A stretch of DNA of 64,000 nucleotides from Planctomycetota bacterium. GTDB taxonomy: Bacteria; Planctomycetota; JAJSAM01; JAJVHW01. Below are positions 31,118 through 42,422 of the stretch, in pieces; position 1 is the stretch's first letter, and each line of letters opens with the position of its first letter. A program made the position numbers and the translations under genes. The stretch lies in NCBI GenBank assembly GCA_965248445.1, contig CBDFJG010000004.1:160001-224000 (forward strand), given 5' to 3'. A model generated the notes under the pieces. The model was given only the letters and a program-made list of their open reading frames with translations, did no database searches and was not told the origin of the DNA.

Positions 31118-31996
31118 GTGATCCGCTACGAAGGCACGCTCTACCGACCGCCCTCCGAGGGCAACAGCCTGATCCTCCAGGCGACCATCGGCTGCTCGTA
31201 CAACGAGTGCACGTTCTGCGGCATGTATCGCGCGAAGCAGTTCCGCGTCCGCAAGATCGACGATCTACGCCAAGAGATCGCGTGGGCTCGCGAGCGGATG
31301 CCGGAGGTCACGAAGGTGTTCCTGGCCGACGGAGACGCGCTCATCGCGCCGCCGCGCTATCTGCACCGGATACTCGACGCACTGAACGAGTCGTTCCCCG
31401 GGTTGCGGCGCGTCTCGTGCTACGCCTCGCCGCAGGCATTGCAGGTGCGCACGGTCGAGCAGATGTCCGCACTCCGCGAAGCGGGACTCACGCAGTACTA
31501 CCTCGGCGTCGAGAGCGGCCACGACACGGTGCTCGCGAAGCTCGAGAAGGGCGTCGATGCCGCCGAGATGGTCCGGGTCGCGAACAAAGCCCACGCCGCC
31601 GATGTCCGGCTCTCGACCATGTTCCTGCTTGGAGCGGGCGGCCGCGCACTCTCGCTCGACCACGCCCGTGCGTCGGCGGAGGTCGCCAGCGCGATCAACC
31701 CGCGCTTCGTCAGCACACTCGTCATGACGCCGGTCGAGAACACTCCGCTGCACGAGCAGGCGATGCGGGGCGAGGTCGACGACCTCGATCCGAACGAGCT
31801 CACACGGGAGTTGCGCGAGTTCGTGGCCGGGCTGGAACTGGACGGGTCGATCTTCCGCTCGAATCACGCGAGCAACTACCTGCCCGTCGGCGGAACCATG
31901 CCGAAGGACAAGCAGCGCATCCTCGATACCCTGGACACGGTGCTCGCGCACCCCGAGGCCGCGCCGTACGTGCCCGACGCGTTCCGCGGCCTCTGA
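31118..31996 (+). CDS. Radical SAM protein of unknown function
   Basis: YRPPSE...GCSYNECTFCGMY (CX4CX2C), FLADGDAL, GVESG, FRSNHASNY. Confidence 0.88.
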   Translation: MIRYEGTLYRPPSEGNSLILQATIGCSYNECTFCGMYRAKQFRVRKIDDLRQEIAWARERMPEVTKVFLADGDALIAPPRYLHRILDALNESFPGLRRVSCYASPQALQVRTVEQMSALREAGLTQYYLGVESGHDTVLAKLEKGVDAAEMVRVANKAHAADVRLSTMFLLGAGGRALSLDHARASAEVASAINPRFVSTLVMTPVENTPLHEQAMRGEVDDLDPNELTRELREFVAGLELDGSIFRSNHASNYLPVGGTMPKDKQRILDTLDTVLAHPEAAPYVPDAFRGL

Positions 31997-32036
31997 CGCG
32001 CTGCCGGGCGGGTACGATGCGCCCGAAGAGCCATCG

Positions 32037-32768
32037 ATGCCGCGCACCGCACGCACCGCCGCCCGCCTGACGCTGTTGCTCGTCCTCCCGCTGCTGGCGC
32101 TCGCGTGCGACTCGGAGTCCGGCGACAGTGCCGGGAACACGAACGGCGGCGGATCCGACGACGGCGGACTCGTCGGCCGGGACGACATGAGCACGACCGG
32201 CCAGGAGCACTACGACCGCGGCGTAGCGGAGGCGAAGGCCGCGATCGCCGCGGGCGAGCCCCGCCTCCAGACGCTCGGCCTGCCCGACTTCAGCGCGGGC
32301 GAGCTCGACATCGAGACGGGGTTGCCCACACAGAATCAAGGCTGCGTGATCACCGAAGAGATTGGTGGGTACGTCTCCGGCTGGAACTCGGAGATGCGCC
32401 GGGCGGTGGCCGCCGGTGAACTCGACGGCGTGTCGCTGCTCACGAAGGTGACGACCCGCGAGGCAATCGAGCGCCGGTTCGCCGACGGGAGTGCGCACAC
32501 CATCCGGTCCGGGGGCGATCCGATCGCGGCTCCGGGCGGCCGCTTTCGCATCGAGGCCGCACCGCATCGCACGCTCGATTCGGAGTACCTCTGGGTGATC
32601 GACACCAAGAGCGACGAGCGCCGCGAACTGGCCTTCTTCAGCGGCGAGGCGAAGCTGTTGTTCGAGCACGACGGGGGCACGCTGCTGCTGCGGGACGACG
32701 GCTACGGCGTGTACCAGACGTTCGATCTCGGCTCCGCCCTGTTCATGCAGGGGTTCTCCGACCCCTAG
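32037..32768 (+). CDS. Hypothetical lipoprotein
   Basis: Lipobox ALAC followed by a G/S/D-rich linker. Confidence 0.7.
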   Translation: MPRTARTAARLTLLLVLPLLALACDSESGDSAGNTNGGGSDDGGLVGRDDMSTTGQEHYDRGVAEAKAAIAAGEPRLQTLGLPDFSAGELDIETGLPTQNQGCVITEEIGGYVSGWNSEMRRAVAAGELDGVSLLTKVTTREAIERRFADGSAHTIRSGGDPIAAPGGRFRIEAAPHRTLDSEYLWVIDTKSDERRELAFFSGEAKLLFEHDGGTLLLRDDGYGVYQTFDLGSALFMQGFSDP

Positions 32769-32876
32769 GCTCAGCCAGACCGGAGCCGTTCCGGAGCGCC
32801 GGGGCTCCGGACGGTGCGGCGTAAATGAGCGAAGTCGAGGGTGGATCGGGTCAGCCGCGTCGTCTAGCCTCGGGGG

Positions 32877-33002
32877 ATGAAATCCGCCGCGGAGGTGGCT
32901 CCCAACCGAACCCCGATCCTCTGCATGAAGAGCATGCAACGAGTCAAACACTCGTGCGCACGATGGCATGCAGCCCCACCTCCGCCGCAGACGGAGGTCA
33001 CC
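32877..33002 (+). promoter_or_regulatory. Candidate structured 5' leader with alternative RBS-sequestering helix
   Basis: TAGCCT at 32865-32870; 32889-32898 pairs with 32976-32985, which competes with 32978-32984 pairing over the RBS (32992-32998). Confidence 0.4.
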
Positions 33003-36000
33003 ATGCTGGGATCGTTCAAGACCAAGATTCTCACCGCGCTGGGTGCCGCGATCGTCATCGCGACGCTCGCCCCGTCTGCGTTCGCGCAGAGCTACACCAT
33101 CACCACGGGCAGCGGCAACTACGCGACGCCGCCCACGAGCGCGACGCAGATCATGCTGGGTGACGACGACACCAAGCCCGTGGACATGCCGTTCGGCTTC
33201 CTCTACTACGGGACGTCGTTCACCAGAGTGAACGTGGGCTCCAACGGCTTCTGCATGTTCGGCGAGTCGTCGGGGTCGCCCTGGAACTTGGTGAACCTGT
33301 TGGACGGAATGGTCGCCGCATGCTGGGACGACATGCACCCCAACGTTGGAGGCCGGGTCGAACACTGGACCACGGGGACCGCCCCGAACCGGGTCTTCCG
33401 TGTCTCATTTACGGGGGTACCGCACTACAACAACCAGGGGTCCTACTACTTCCAGATGCACTTCTACGAGACCTCGGGCCGCATCGTGTTCGCGTACGAC
33501 CAGACCCAGGGCACGTGGACATCGGCGAGCTTCAACGTCGGCATCGATGGGCCGAACGGCGACAGCCGCAGGGACATGGCGAGCAACTCGACGCTCACCT
33601 CGCGACCGGTGGACGACTACATCTTCGATCCGCGGAACACGACGTTCACCGGCACCGTGCTACTCGATCAACTGGTGGTAGACGGCTCGGGAATCGGCAA
33701 CAGCCAGCTCGCCGATCAGCCCGCCGCCTTCGTGCGCATCGAACTCAACGGACCGAAGGGGCTCGCGGCGACCGTTTACACGAACGCGAGCGGCGTGTAC
33801 TCCATGCAGGGACTCGCACTCGACGGCAGCCTCAGCGGCACGGTATCGGTCGTCGCCGGCTCGCTCGCCGGGAAGGTGCTCCAGTCGGACGGCGGCGCTG
33901 CCGTCACATCTGACATCCAGTCAGGCGTTTCGTACGCCAACGACGTCAACCTGGGCACACATACCATCGATGACGGGAACGACTCCGGCGGTTCGATCCG
34001 CGCGGCCGTCCAGGCGGGGATGGCTCTCGGCACGGTGTACGACTGGGTCTCGTCGCGCACCACGTCGGCGATCCCACCGATCGACTTCGTCTATGACGCC
34101 AACAGCGGGAACAACACGGCCTATACGCCGGCGCAGGGCATGGATGCCGCCAAGGCGATCATCGGTTCGCCTCAGAGCGGCAACGATGACGCGACGGACC
34201 CCGCCGTCCTCGCACAGCTGTTCGCGCACCACGCGATCGCGTCGATGACGGGCTTCACACCTACGCAGCCTCACGTCTCGGGCCTCGACAAGGCGACGTC
34301 CGTGGAGAACGCATTCGCGGAGGGCTTCGGCGCTTACCTCTACTCCGTGGTCTCGAACACGAGCACGTGGTTCGAGGGCGTCAACGGCTCGACCTCTGTT
34401 GCCGTCGATCTCGAGACTCCGGCGTTCACCGTCGGGAAGTCGCCGAGCGCGGCCGCCTGGGTCGCCGCGGCGCTGTGGGATCTGGTGGATGCCGAGAACG
34501 AGTCGCACGACGGCGTGGACGGGACCGCAGGGACGGACAAGGAGATCCCGTTCGACCTGATCGACGCCATGCTGTTCGAGCCGACTCCCGCGAGGTTCCT
34601 GGCTGACTGGACCGCGAATGGCGGCAGCGGCCCGGCGCTCGTGCGCGACTTCATCTTCCACGGCGTGTTCGCGGACGACATCTACGAGTTGAACGACTCC
34701 ATCGCGGAGACGGCCAAGCTCGGCGAGATCGGCGTGCGTGTGAACGACCTGGTCCTTCAGCCGTACAACGACGACGTGTTCGAAGTCAGCGTGGGACAGG
34801 ACATCGACGGGCTGCTTGCCGGCATGTCGTTCAACCGATTCGCCGAGAACGCCAGCGTCACGTTCCAGATCCTGGACGAAGCCGGCACGGTGCTCGCCAC
34901 CGGCGCCGCGAATGGCGCGAGCGCTCCGTTCGAGGCGTCCACGGGCCCGCTGGCGGCGGGCAACTACCTCGTCAGGGCCCAGCACGACGCCGGCCCCGTG
35001 GTCACGGACTACACGCTGCAGATCTTCGCACCGATCAAGGCTTCCGCCCCGAACACGCCCGCGTGGACGGCCGGCCGCCCGATCAACCAGCAGATCACCG
35101 TGGAGGGCGGGATCCCTCCCTTCACGATGAGCGTCAAGCCGCCGAACATCCTGCCCAGCGGCCTCACGATCAACAGCGTCGACCTGACGCTCGGCGGCGT
35201 GATCAACAACATCGGCAACATCTCGTTCGCGCTCACGATCGAGGACGACGGCGCCCCGATCCACTCGGCCCAGCTGGGCCGCAGCTTCGTGATCAACCCG
35301 GCGCTGGAATTCGCGGCGCCTGACCTGACCGGCGTCCCGATCAACAAGCAGACGACGATTTCGCTCGGGCGCACCGGTGGCACGCCGCCGTTCCTCGTCA
35401 GCGATCTCCAGGGCACCATCCCGAGCGGGCTGACGGTCGACACCGACACGTTCGAGATCATCGGCACTGCGACCGTCGCAGGCGGCGAGAAGCTGACCAT
35501 GGAGGCATCGGACGTCGCCGGTTCGACCGCGAACCTCGACACGTCGATCGTGGTCTGCCTCCCGTTCGAAGGGAAGTCCACGAACGCGCTCCTGAAGACG
35601 GGCGACTCGTCCGCAGGTTTCTACTTCGATGCGCTCGAGGCCACCACGGCCAACATCAGCATCAAGACGCTGAAGCGGCAGGAGAAGCGCACTCTGAACA
35701 TGATCCTGATCGGTCCCGACGGAGGCGCGGTCGACGCCGGCGTCCTCAAGCTCAAGAACGGCAAGGCAACTCTCAAGAAGGTGACCCTGCCGGACACGGG
35801 CCGGTACTACGCCGCGCTCGCGAGCGAGCAGGGCGGTGAGACGACCTTGGTCGGCAAGCTCAAGAAGAAGCAGCCGACGACGTTCAAGGGCAAGGAAGAG
35901 AACATCGGTCTCGAGACCGTGATCGAGTTCTCCTTCCCCGCCATCGAGGGCGCCACGTTCGACTTCCGCGGCCGTCTCTCCGGCGGAGTGGGCGTCAGGG

Positions 36001-36209
36001 TCGAGTACCTGAGGGCACCCGACGGAACGCTCGTCGCGGGCGCGTCACTCGACATCACCGAGAGCGGTAAGTCGATCCGGGTGCGCGGCGACCTCGATCA
36101 GTCCGGGACATGGACCGTTCGCATCAGCCCGAAGGCCGGCAAGCGCGGGAACCTGAAGTACACGATGAAGGTGAAGAACCCGAAGGGTGTGGAGTTCTCC
36201 GCCGACTGA
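33003..36209 (+). CDS. Large secreted multidomain protein (nidogen-like N-domain, degenerate zincin-like domain, putative Ig repeats, Lys-rich C-terminal domains)
   Basis: GGAGG RBS, signal peptide AFA-Q, GGIPPF/GGTPPF...LPSGLT Ig-like repeats, two K-rich PPC-like repeats. Confidence 0.8.
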   Translation: MLGSFKTKILTALGAAIVIATLAPSAFAQSYTITTGSGNYATPPTSATQIMLGDDDTKPVDMPFGFLYYGTSFTRVNVGSNGFCMFGESSGSPWNLVNLLDGMVAACWDDMHPNVGGRVEHWTTGTAPNRVFRVSFTGVPHYNNQGSYYFQMHFYETSGRIVFAYDQTQGTWTSASFNVGIDGPNGDSRRDMASNSTLTSRPVDDYIFDPRNTTFTGTVLLDQLVVDGSGIGNSQLADQPAAFVRIELNGPKGLAATVYTNASGVYSMQGLALDGSLSGTVSVVAGSLAGKVLQSDGGAAVTSDIQSGVSYANDVNLGTHTIDDGNDSGGSIRAAVQAGMALGTVYDWVSSRTTSAIPPIDFVYDANSGNNTAYTPAQGMDAAKAIIGSPQSGNDDATDPAVLAQLFAHHAIASMTGFTPTQPHVSGLDKATSVENAFAEGFGAYLYSVVSNTSTWFEGVNGSTSVAVDLETPAFTVGKSPSAAAWVAAALWDLVDAENESHDGVDGTAGTDKEIPFDLIDAMLFEPTPARFLADWTANGGSGPALVRDFIFHGVFADDIYELNDSIAETAKLGEIGVRVNDLVLQPYNDDVFEVSVGQDIDGLLAGMSFNRFAENASVTFQILDEAGTVLATGAANGASAPFEASTGPLAAGNYLVRAQHDAGPVVTDYTLQIFAPIKASAPNTPAWTAGRPINQQITVEGGIPPFTMSVKPPNILPSGLTINSVDLTLGGVINNIGNISFALTIEDDGAPIHSAQLGRSFVINPALEFAAPDLTGVPINKQTTISLGRTGGTPPFLVSDLQGTIPSGLTVDTDTFEIIGTATVAGGEKLTMEASDVAGSTANLDTSIVVCLPFEGKSTNALLKTGDSSAGFYFDALEATTANISIKTLKRQEKRTLNMILIGPDGGAVDAGVLKLKNGKATLKKVTLPDTGRYYAALASEQGGETTLVGKLKKKQPTTFKGKEENIGLETVIEFSFPAIEGATFDFRGRLSGGVGVRVEYLRAPDGTLVAGASLDITESGKSIRVRGDLDQSGTWTVRISPKAGKRGNLKYTMKVKNPKGVEFSAD

Positions 36210-36235
36210 TCGGCGAAGCCAGAGCGACACAAACT

Positions 36236-36271
36236 GCGCCCGGCCGCTTCGGCGGCCGGGCGCTTCTCGTT
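36236..36271 (+). terminator. Intrinsic terminator
   Basis: 12-bp stem GCGCCCGGCCGC-TTCG-GCGGCCGGGCGC followed by TTCTCGTT, 27 nt after the stop. Confidence 0.75.
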
Positions 36272-36390
36272 CCCGGCGCACGTTTGCCGGCGCACGCTTG
36301 CCGGTTCGGGGCGCCGGGCGTCAGCTGTCGCATGCGGCGGGCACACCGGCACGGGTACGATGCGCGCTTCCCCTTCTGGAGCCCGACGCC

Positions 36391-39300
36391 ATGACCCGAC
36401 GCCTCGCCGTGTTCGCCGCGACTCTCGTCCTCGCGCTCTCGGTTCATCACACGCGCGCCCAGGACGAGCCGCCGGAGAACGACAAGGACACGCCCAAGTG
36501 GGACGTCGATGACCCCGGCGGTCCGTATCGCACCCTGTCGTTCGACACGGATGAAGGCACGTGGATGAGCGTCGACGTGCATCCGGACGGACAGCTGCTC
36601 GCGTTCGACCTGCTCGGCGACATCTACACCGTCCCGGTTGCGGGCGGCGACGCAACGCTCGTCTCCGGCGGCCTGGCCTACGACGTACAGCCCCGTTGGA
36701 GCCCCGACGGCAAGACGATCTCGTTCACCTCGGACCGCGGCGGCGGCGACAACGTCTGGCTGATGGAAGCGGACGGCGCCAATCGGCGGGCGCTGACGAG
36801 CGAGGACTTCCGCCTGATCAACAACGGCGTGTGGCACCACTCCGGAGAGTGGATCGTCGCCAAGAAGCACTTCACGTCGCGGCGGAGTCTCGGCGCGGGC
36901 GAGATGTGGATGTACCGCCTCGACGGTGCCGGCAAGGGCGTCCAGCTCACCAAGCGCAAGAACGACCAGCAGGACGTCGGCGAGCCGGAGCTCTCGCCCG
37001 ACGGCAAGTACCTCTACTGGTCCGAGGACATGTCCGGTGGCGAGACGTTTCAATACAACAAGGATCCGCATGGCACCATCTACGTGATCCGCCGGCTCGA
37101 CATGGAGAGCGGCGAAATTCGCGACGAGATCCGCCGCCCCGGCGGCGCGATCCGCCCGCAGATCAGTCCCGACGGCAAGACGCTCGCGTACGTGCGTCGC
37201 GTGCGCGGCAAGTCCGTGCTGACGCTCCGCGACCTGGGGCACGGCACCGACCGCGATCTGTGGAACGGCCTGTCCATCGACCAGCAGGAGACCTGGGCAA
37301 TCTTCGGTCCGTACCCGGGGTTCGACTGGACACCGGACGGCAACGCCATCGTGATCTGGGCCAAGGGCAAGCTGTACCGGGTGGACGCTCGCGGCGGCAA
37401 CGCGACCGTGATCCCCATCAAGGCGAAGGTCGAACAGCGGTTGCTCGAGACCCGCCGTATCGACCACTCGGTCGCCGGCGGCACGTTCGACGTCAAGGTC
37501 GTGCGCTGGCCGCAGATGAGCTCCGACAGGAAGACAGCGGTGTTCCAGGCGCTCGGAGCCCTCTATCGCCGGTCGCTCCCCGACGGCACGCCTGAGCGCA
37601 TCACCGGCAAGACTGCGGACTTCGAGTACGCGCCGTGGCTCGCAGCCGACGGCCGGACCATCGTCTACACGACGTGGAGGGACAACGAGGGCGGGCGCGT
37701 GAAGTCCGTGAACATCGACGGCTCGAACCCGCGCACGCTGGTCGACTGGCCCGGTCACTACGCGTCGGCGGCGCTCTCGCCGGACGGCAAGGAAGTGGTC
37801 TTCCACCGCGCGAGCGCCGACGGTTACCGCGGCGCGGCGTTCGCACACGAGCCGGGTGTCTACCGCCAGAAGATCGCGCCGGGCGCCGAGCCCCGTCTGG
37901 TCGCTCGCGGCGGACGCAAGCCGCGATTCTCGGCAGACGCCCGCCGCATCACGTTCCTCGGGCGCGACGGCGAGAAGAACGCGCTGATCTCGATGGACCG
38001 GATCGGTTCGGATCGCCGCGTCGTCGCGACGTCCGAGCACGCGACCGACTTCGAGGTCTCGCCCGACGGCAAGTGGATCGCTTTCCAGGAACTGTGGCAG
38101 ACGTACGTGGCGCCGTTGCCCGCGTCACCCGCCACGGTCGAACTGGGACCCAAGTCGAAGGCTGTCCCCGTTCGCCGCCTCTCGTACCCGGGCGGCGCGT
38201 ACCTCTCCTGGTCAGCCGACTCGTCTCAGGTGCGCTGGAGCCTGGGTCCGGACGTCTACGACGCCGCCGTCACCGACGTGTACGCGAGTGAGCCGGAGAA
38301 AGACCAGCGTGGCGTCGGAGCGGCGCCGCTGCGTCTCGGCTTCCCGCAGCCGGCCGACGTGCCCGGCGGAGTCGTCGCTTTCACGAACGCGACGGTCCTG
38401 CCGATGCACGACCTCTCCCGGATCGACGGCGCGACCGTCGTCGTCCGCGGGAACCGCATCGAAGCGGTCGGCGCGGACGTCGCCGTGCCCGAAGGCGCAA
38501 CGGTGATCGATTGCGACGGACAGGTCCTCATGCCGGGGATCGTGGACGTGCACTCGCACACGGGGTCGAGCTCTCACAGCATTCAGTCCCAGCAGAACTG
38601 GGCGTTCGTCGCCATGCTCGCCTTCGGCGTGACGACCTCACACGACCCGAGCAACAACACCGAGAGCATCTACGCGGAGTCGGAACTCGTGCGCGCCGGC
38701 CATCGCGTCGGTCCGCGCATCCTCTCCACGGGCACGATCCTGTACGGCGCGGAGGGCGACTTCAAGGCGGTCGTCAACTCGTACGAGGACGCGCTGCAGG
38801 AGGTCGCCCGCACCGCCGCCTGGGGACCGGTCAGCGTGAAGAGCTACAACCAGCCGCGACGCGATCAGCGGCAGCAGGTGCTCAAGGCCGCGCGTGAAGT
38901 CGGCGTCATGGTCGTCCCCGAGGGCGGTTCGACGCTGCACTACAACATGTCGCACGCGCTCGACGGGCACACGACGCTCGAGCACGCCGTACCGGTCGCT
39001 CCGCTGTACGAGCCGTCCCTGCGGCTCATCGCCGAGTCCGGCACTGCGTACACCCCCACGCTCGTCGTCGGGTACGGCGGGCTGATGGGAGAGAACTACT
39101 GGTACGCGAAGACGCGCGTCTGGGAGAACGAGCGCCTGCTCCGCTTCGTGCCGCGCAGCGTCGTCGACCCGAACGCCCGCCGCCGCACCCTCGCGACGGA
39201 CGACGACGACTATCACCACATCCGGCTGGCGGAGACGTGCGCCGAAGTCGTGAGGCGAGGCGGCACGGCCGAGATCGGCGCGCACGGCCAGCTACAGGGA

Positions 39301-39642
39301 CTCGCGGCGCACTGGGAGACGTGGATGCTCCACCAGGGCGGACTGACGCCGCACGAGGCACTGCGTTGCGCGTCCTACATGGGCGCCAAGGCGATCTGCC
39401 TCGACCACGAACTCGGCTCGGTGCAGCCGGGCATGCTCGCCGATCTGATCGTCATGGATGCCGCCGTGCTCGAGGACATGCAAGCGTCGGAGCGCATCTC
39501 GTTCGTCATGGCGAACGGCCGGCTGTACGACGCGAACTCCATGGAGCAGATCGCTCCCGTGCGCCGCAAGCTCCCACGCGGCCCCGCGCTCGATCAGATC
39601 CGCGGAGACACCGTGCACGCCCACTGCCGCTGCGGCCGCTGA
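36391..39642 (+). CDS. Secreted amidohydrolase with N-terminal PD40/TolB-like beta-propeller repeats
   Basis: Signal peptide; repeated SPDG/TPDG blades; MPGIVDVHSH, TLEH, GSVQPGMLADLIV. Confidence 0.88.
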   Translation: MTRRLAVFAATLVLALSVHHTRAQDEPPENDKDTPKWDVDDPGGPYRTLSFDTDEGTWMSVDVHPDGQLLAFDLLGDIYTVPVAGGDATLVSGGLAYDVQPRWSPDGKTISFTSDRGGGDNVWLMEADGANRRALTSEDFRLINNGVWHHSGEWIVAKKHFTSRRSLGAGEMWMYRLDGAGKGVQLTKRKNDQQDVGEPELSPDGKYLYWSEDMSGGETFQYNKDPHGTIYVIRRLDMESGEIRDEIRRPGGAIRPQISPDGKTLAYVRRVRGKSVLTLRDLGHGTDRDLWNGLSIDQQETWAIFGPYPGFDWTPDGNAIVIWAKGKLYRVDARGGNATVIPIKAKVEQRLLETRRIDHSVAGGTFDVKVVRWPQMSSDRKTAVFQALGALYRRSLPDGTPERITGKTADFEYAPWLAADGRTIVYTTWRDNEGGRVKSVNIDGSNPRTLVDWPGHYASAALSPDGKEVVFHRASADGYRGAAFAHEPGVYRQKIAPGAEPRLVARGGRKPRFSADARRITFLGRDGEKNALISMDRIGSDRRVVATSEHATDFEVSPDGKWIAFQELWQTYVAPLPASPATVELGPKSKAVPVRRLSYPGGAYLSWSADSSQVRWSLGPDVYDAAVTDVYASEPEKDQRGVGAAPLRLGFPQPADVPGGVVAFTNATVLPMHDLSRIDGATVVVRGNRIEAVGADVAVPEGATVIDCDGQVLMPGIVDVHSHTGSSSHSIQSQQNWAFVAMLAFGVTTSHDPSNNTESIYAESELVRAGHRVGPRILSTGTILYGAEGDFKAVVNSYEDALQEVARTAAWGPVSVKSYNQPRRDQRQQVLKAAREVGVMVVPEGGSTLHYNMSHALDGHTTLEHAVPVAPLYEPSLRLIAESGTAYTPTLVVGYGGLMGENYWYAKTRVWENERLLRFVPRSVVDPNARRRTLATDDDDYHHIRLAETCAEVVRRGGTAEIGAHGQLQGLAAHWETWMLHQGGLTPHEALRCASYMGAKAICLDHELGSVQPGMLADLIVMDAAVLEDMQASERISFVMANGRLYDANSMEQIAPVRRKLPRGPALDQIRGDTVHAHCRCGR

Positions 39643-39648
39643 GGTTCG

Positions 39649-42276
<2,628 letters not shown>

Positions 42277-42321
42277 CACGCGCCTCCTGCCACGCCGGCC
42301 GGGCGCGGTCGGTAGGGAGAT

Positions 42322-42338
42322 CGCAAAGCCCCTGCCGA
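42322..42338 (-). promoter_or_regulatory. Candidate sigma-54 (-24/-12) promoter of clpB
   Basis: Minus strand TCGGCAGGGGCTTTGCG has GG-N10-GC with GGCA and TTGC, about 45 nt before the start and upstream of an AGGAGG RBS. Confidence 0.5.
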
Positions 42339-42422
42339 ACCCCGCAGGCTGCGAGCACGTCGCAGAGCGACGCTCCAGAGGCGCCGAGGCCGTCGCCTGC
42401 GACGTCGCCCGGCGCCGGAGTG

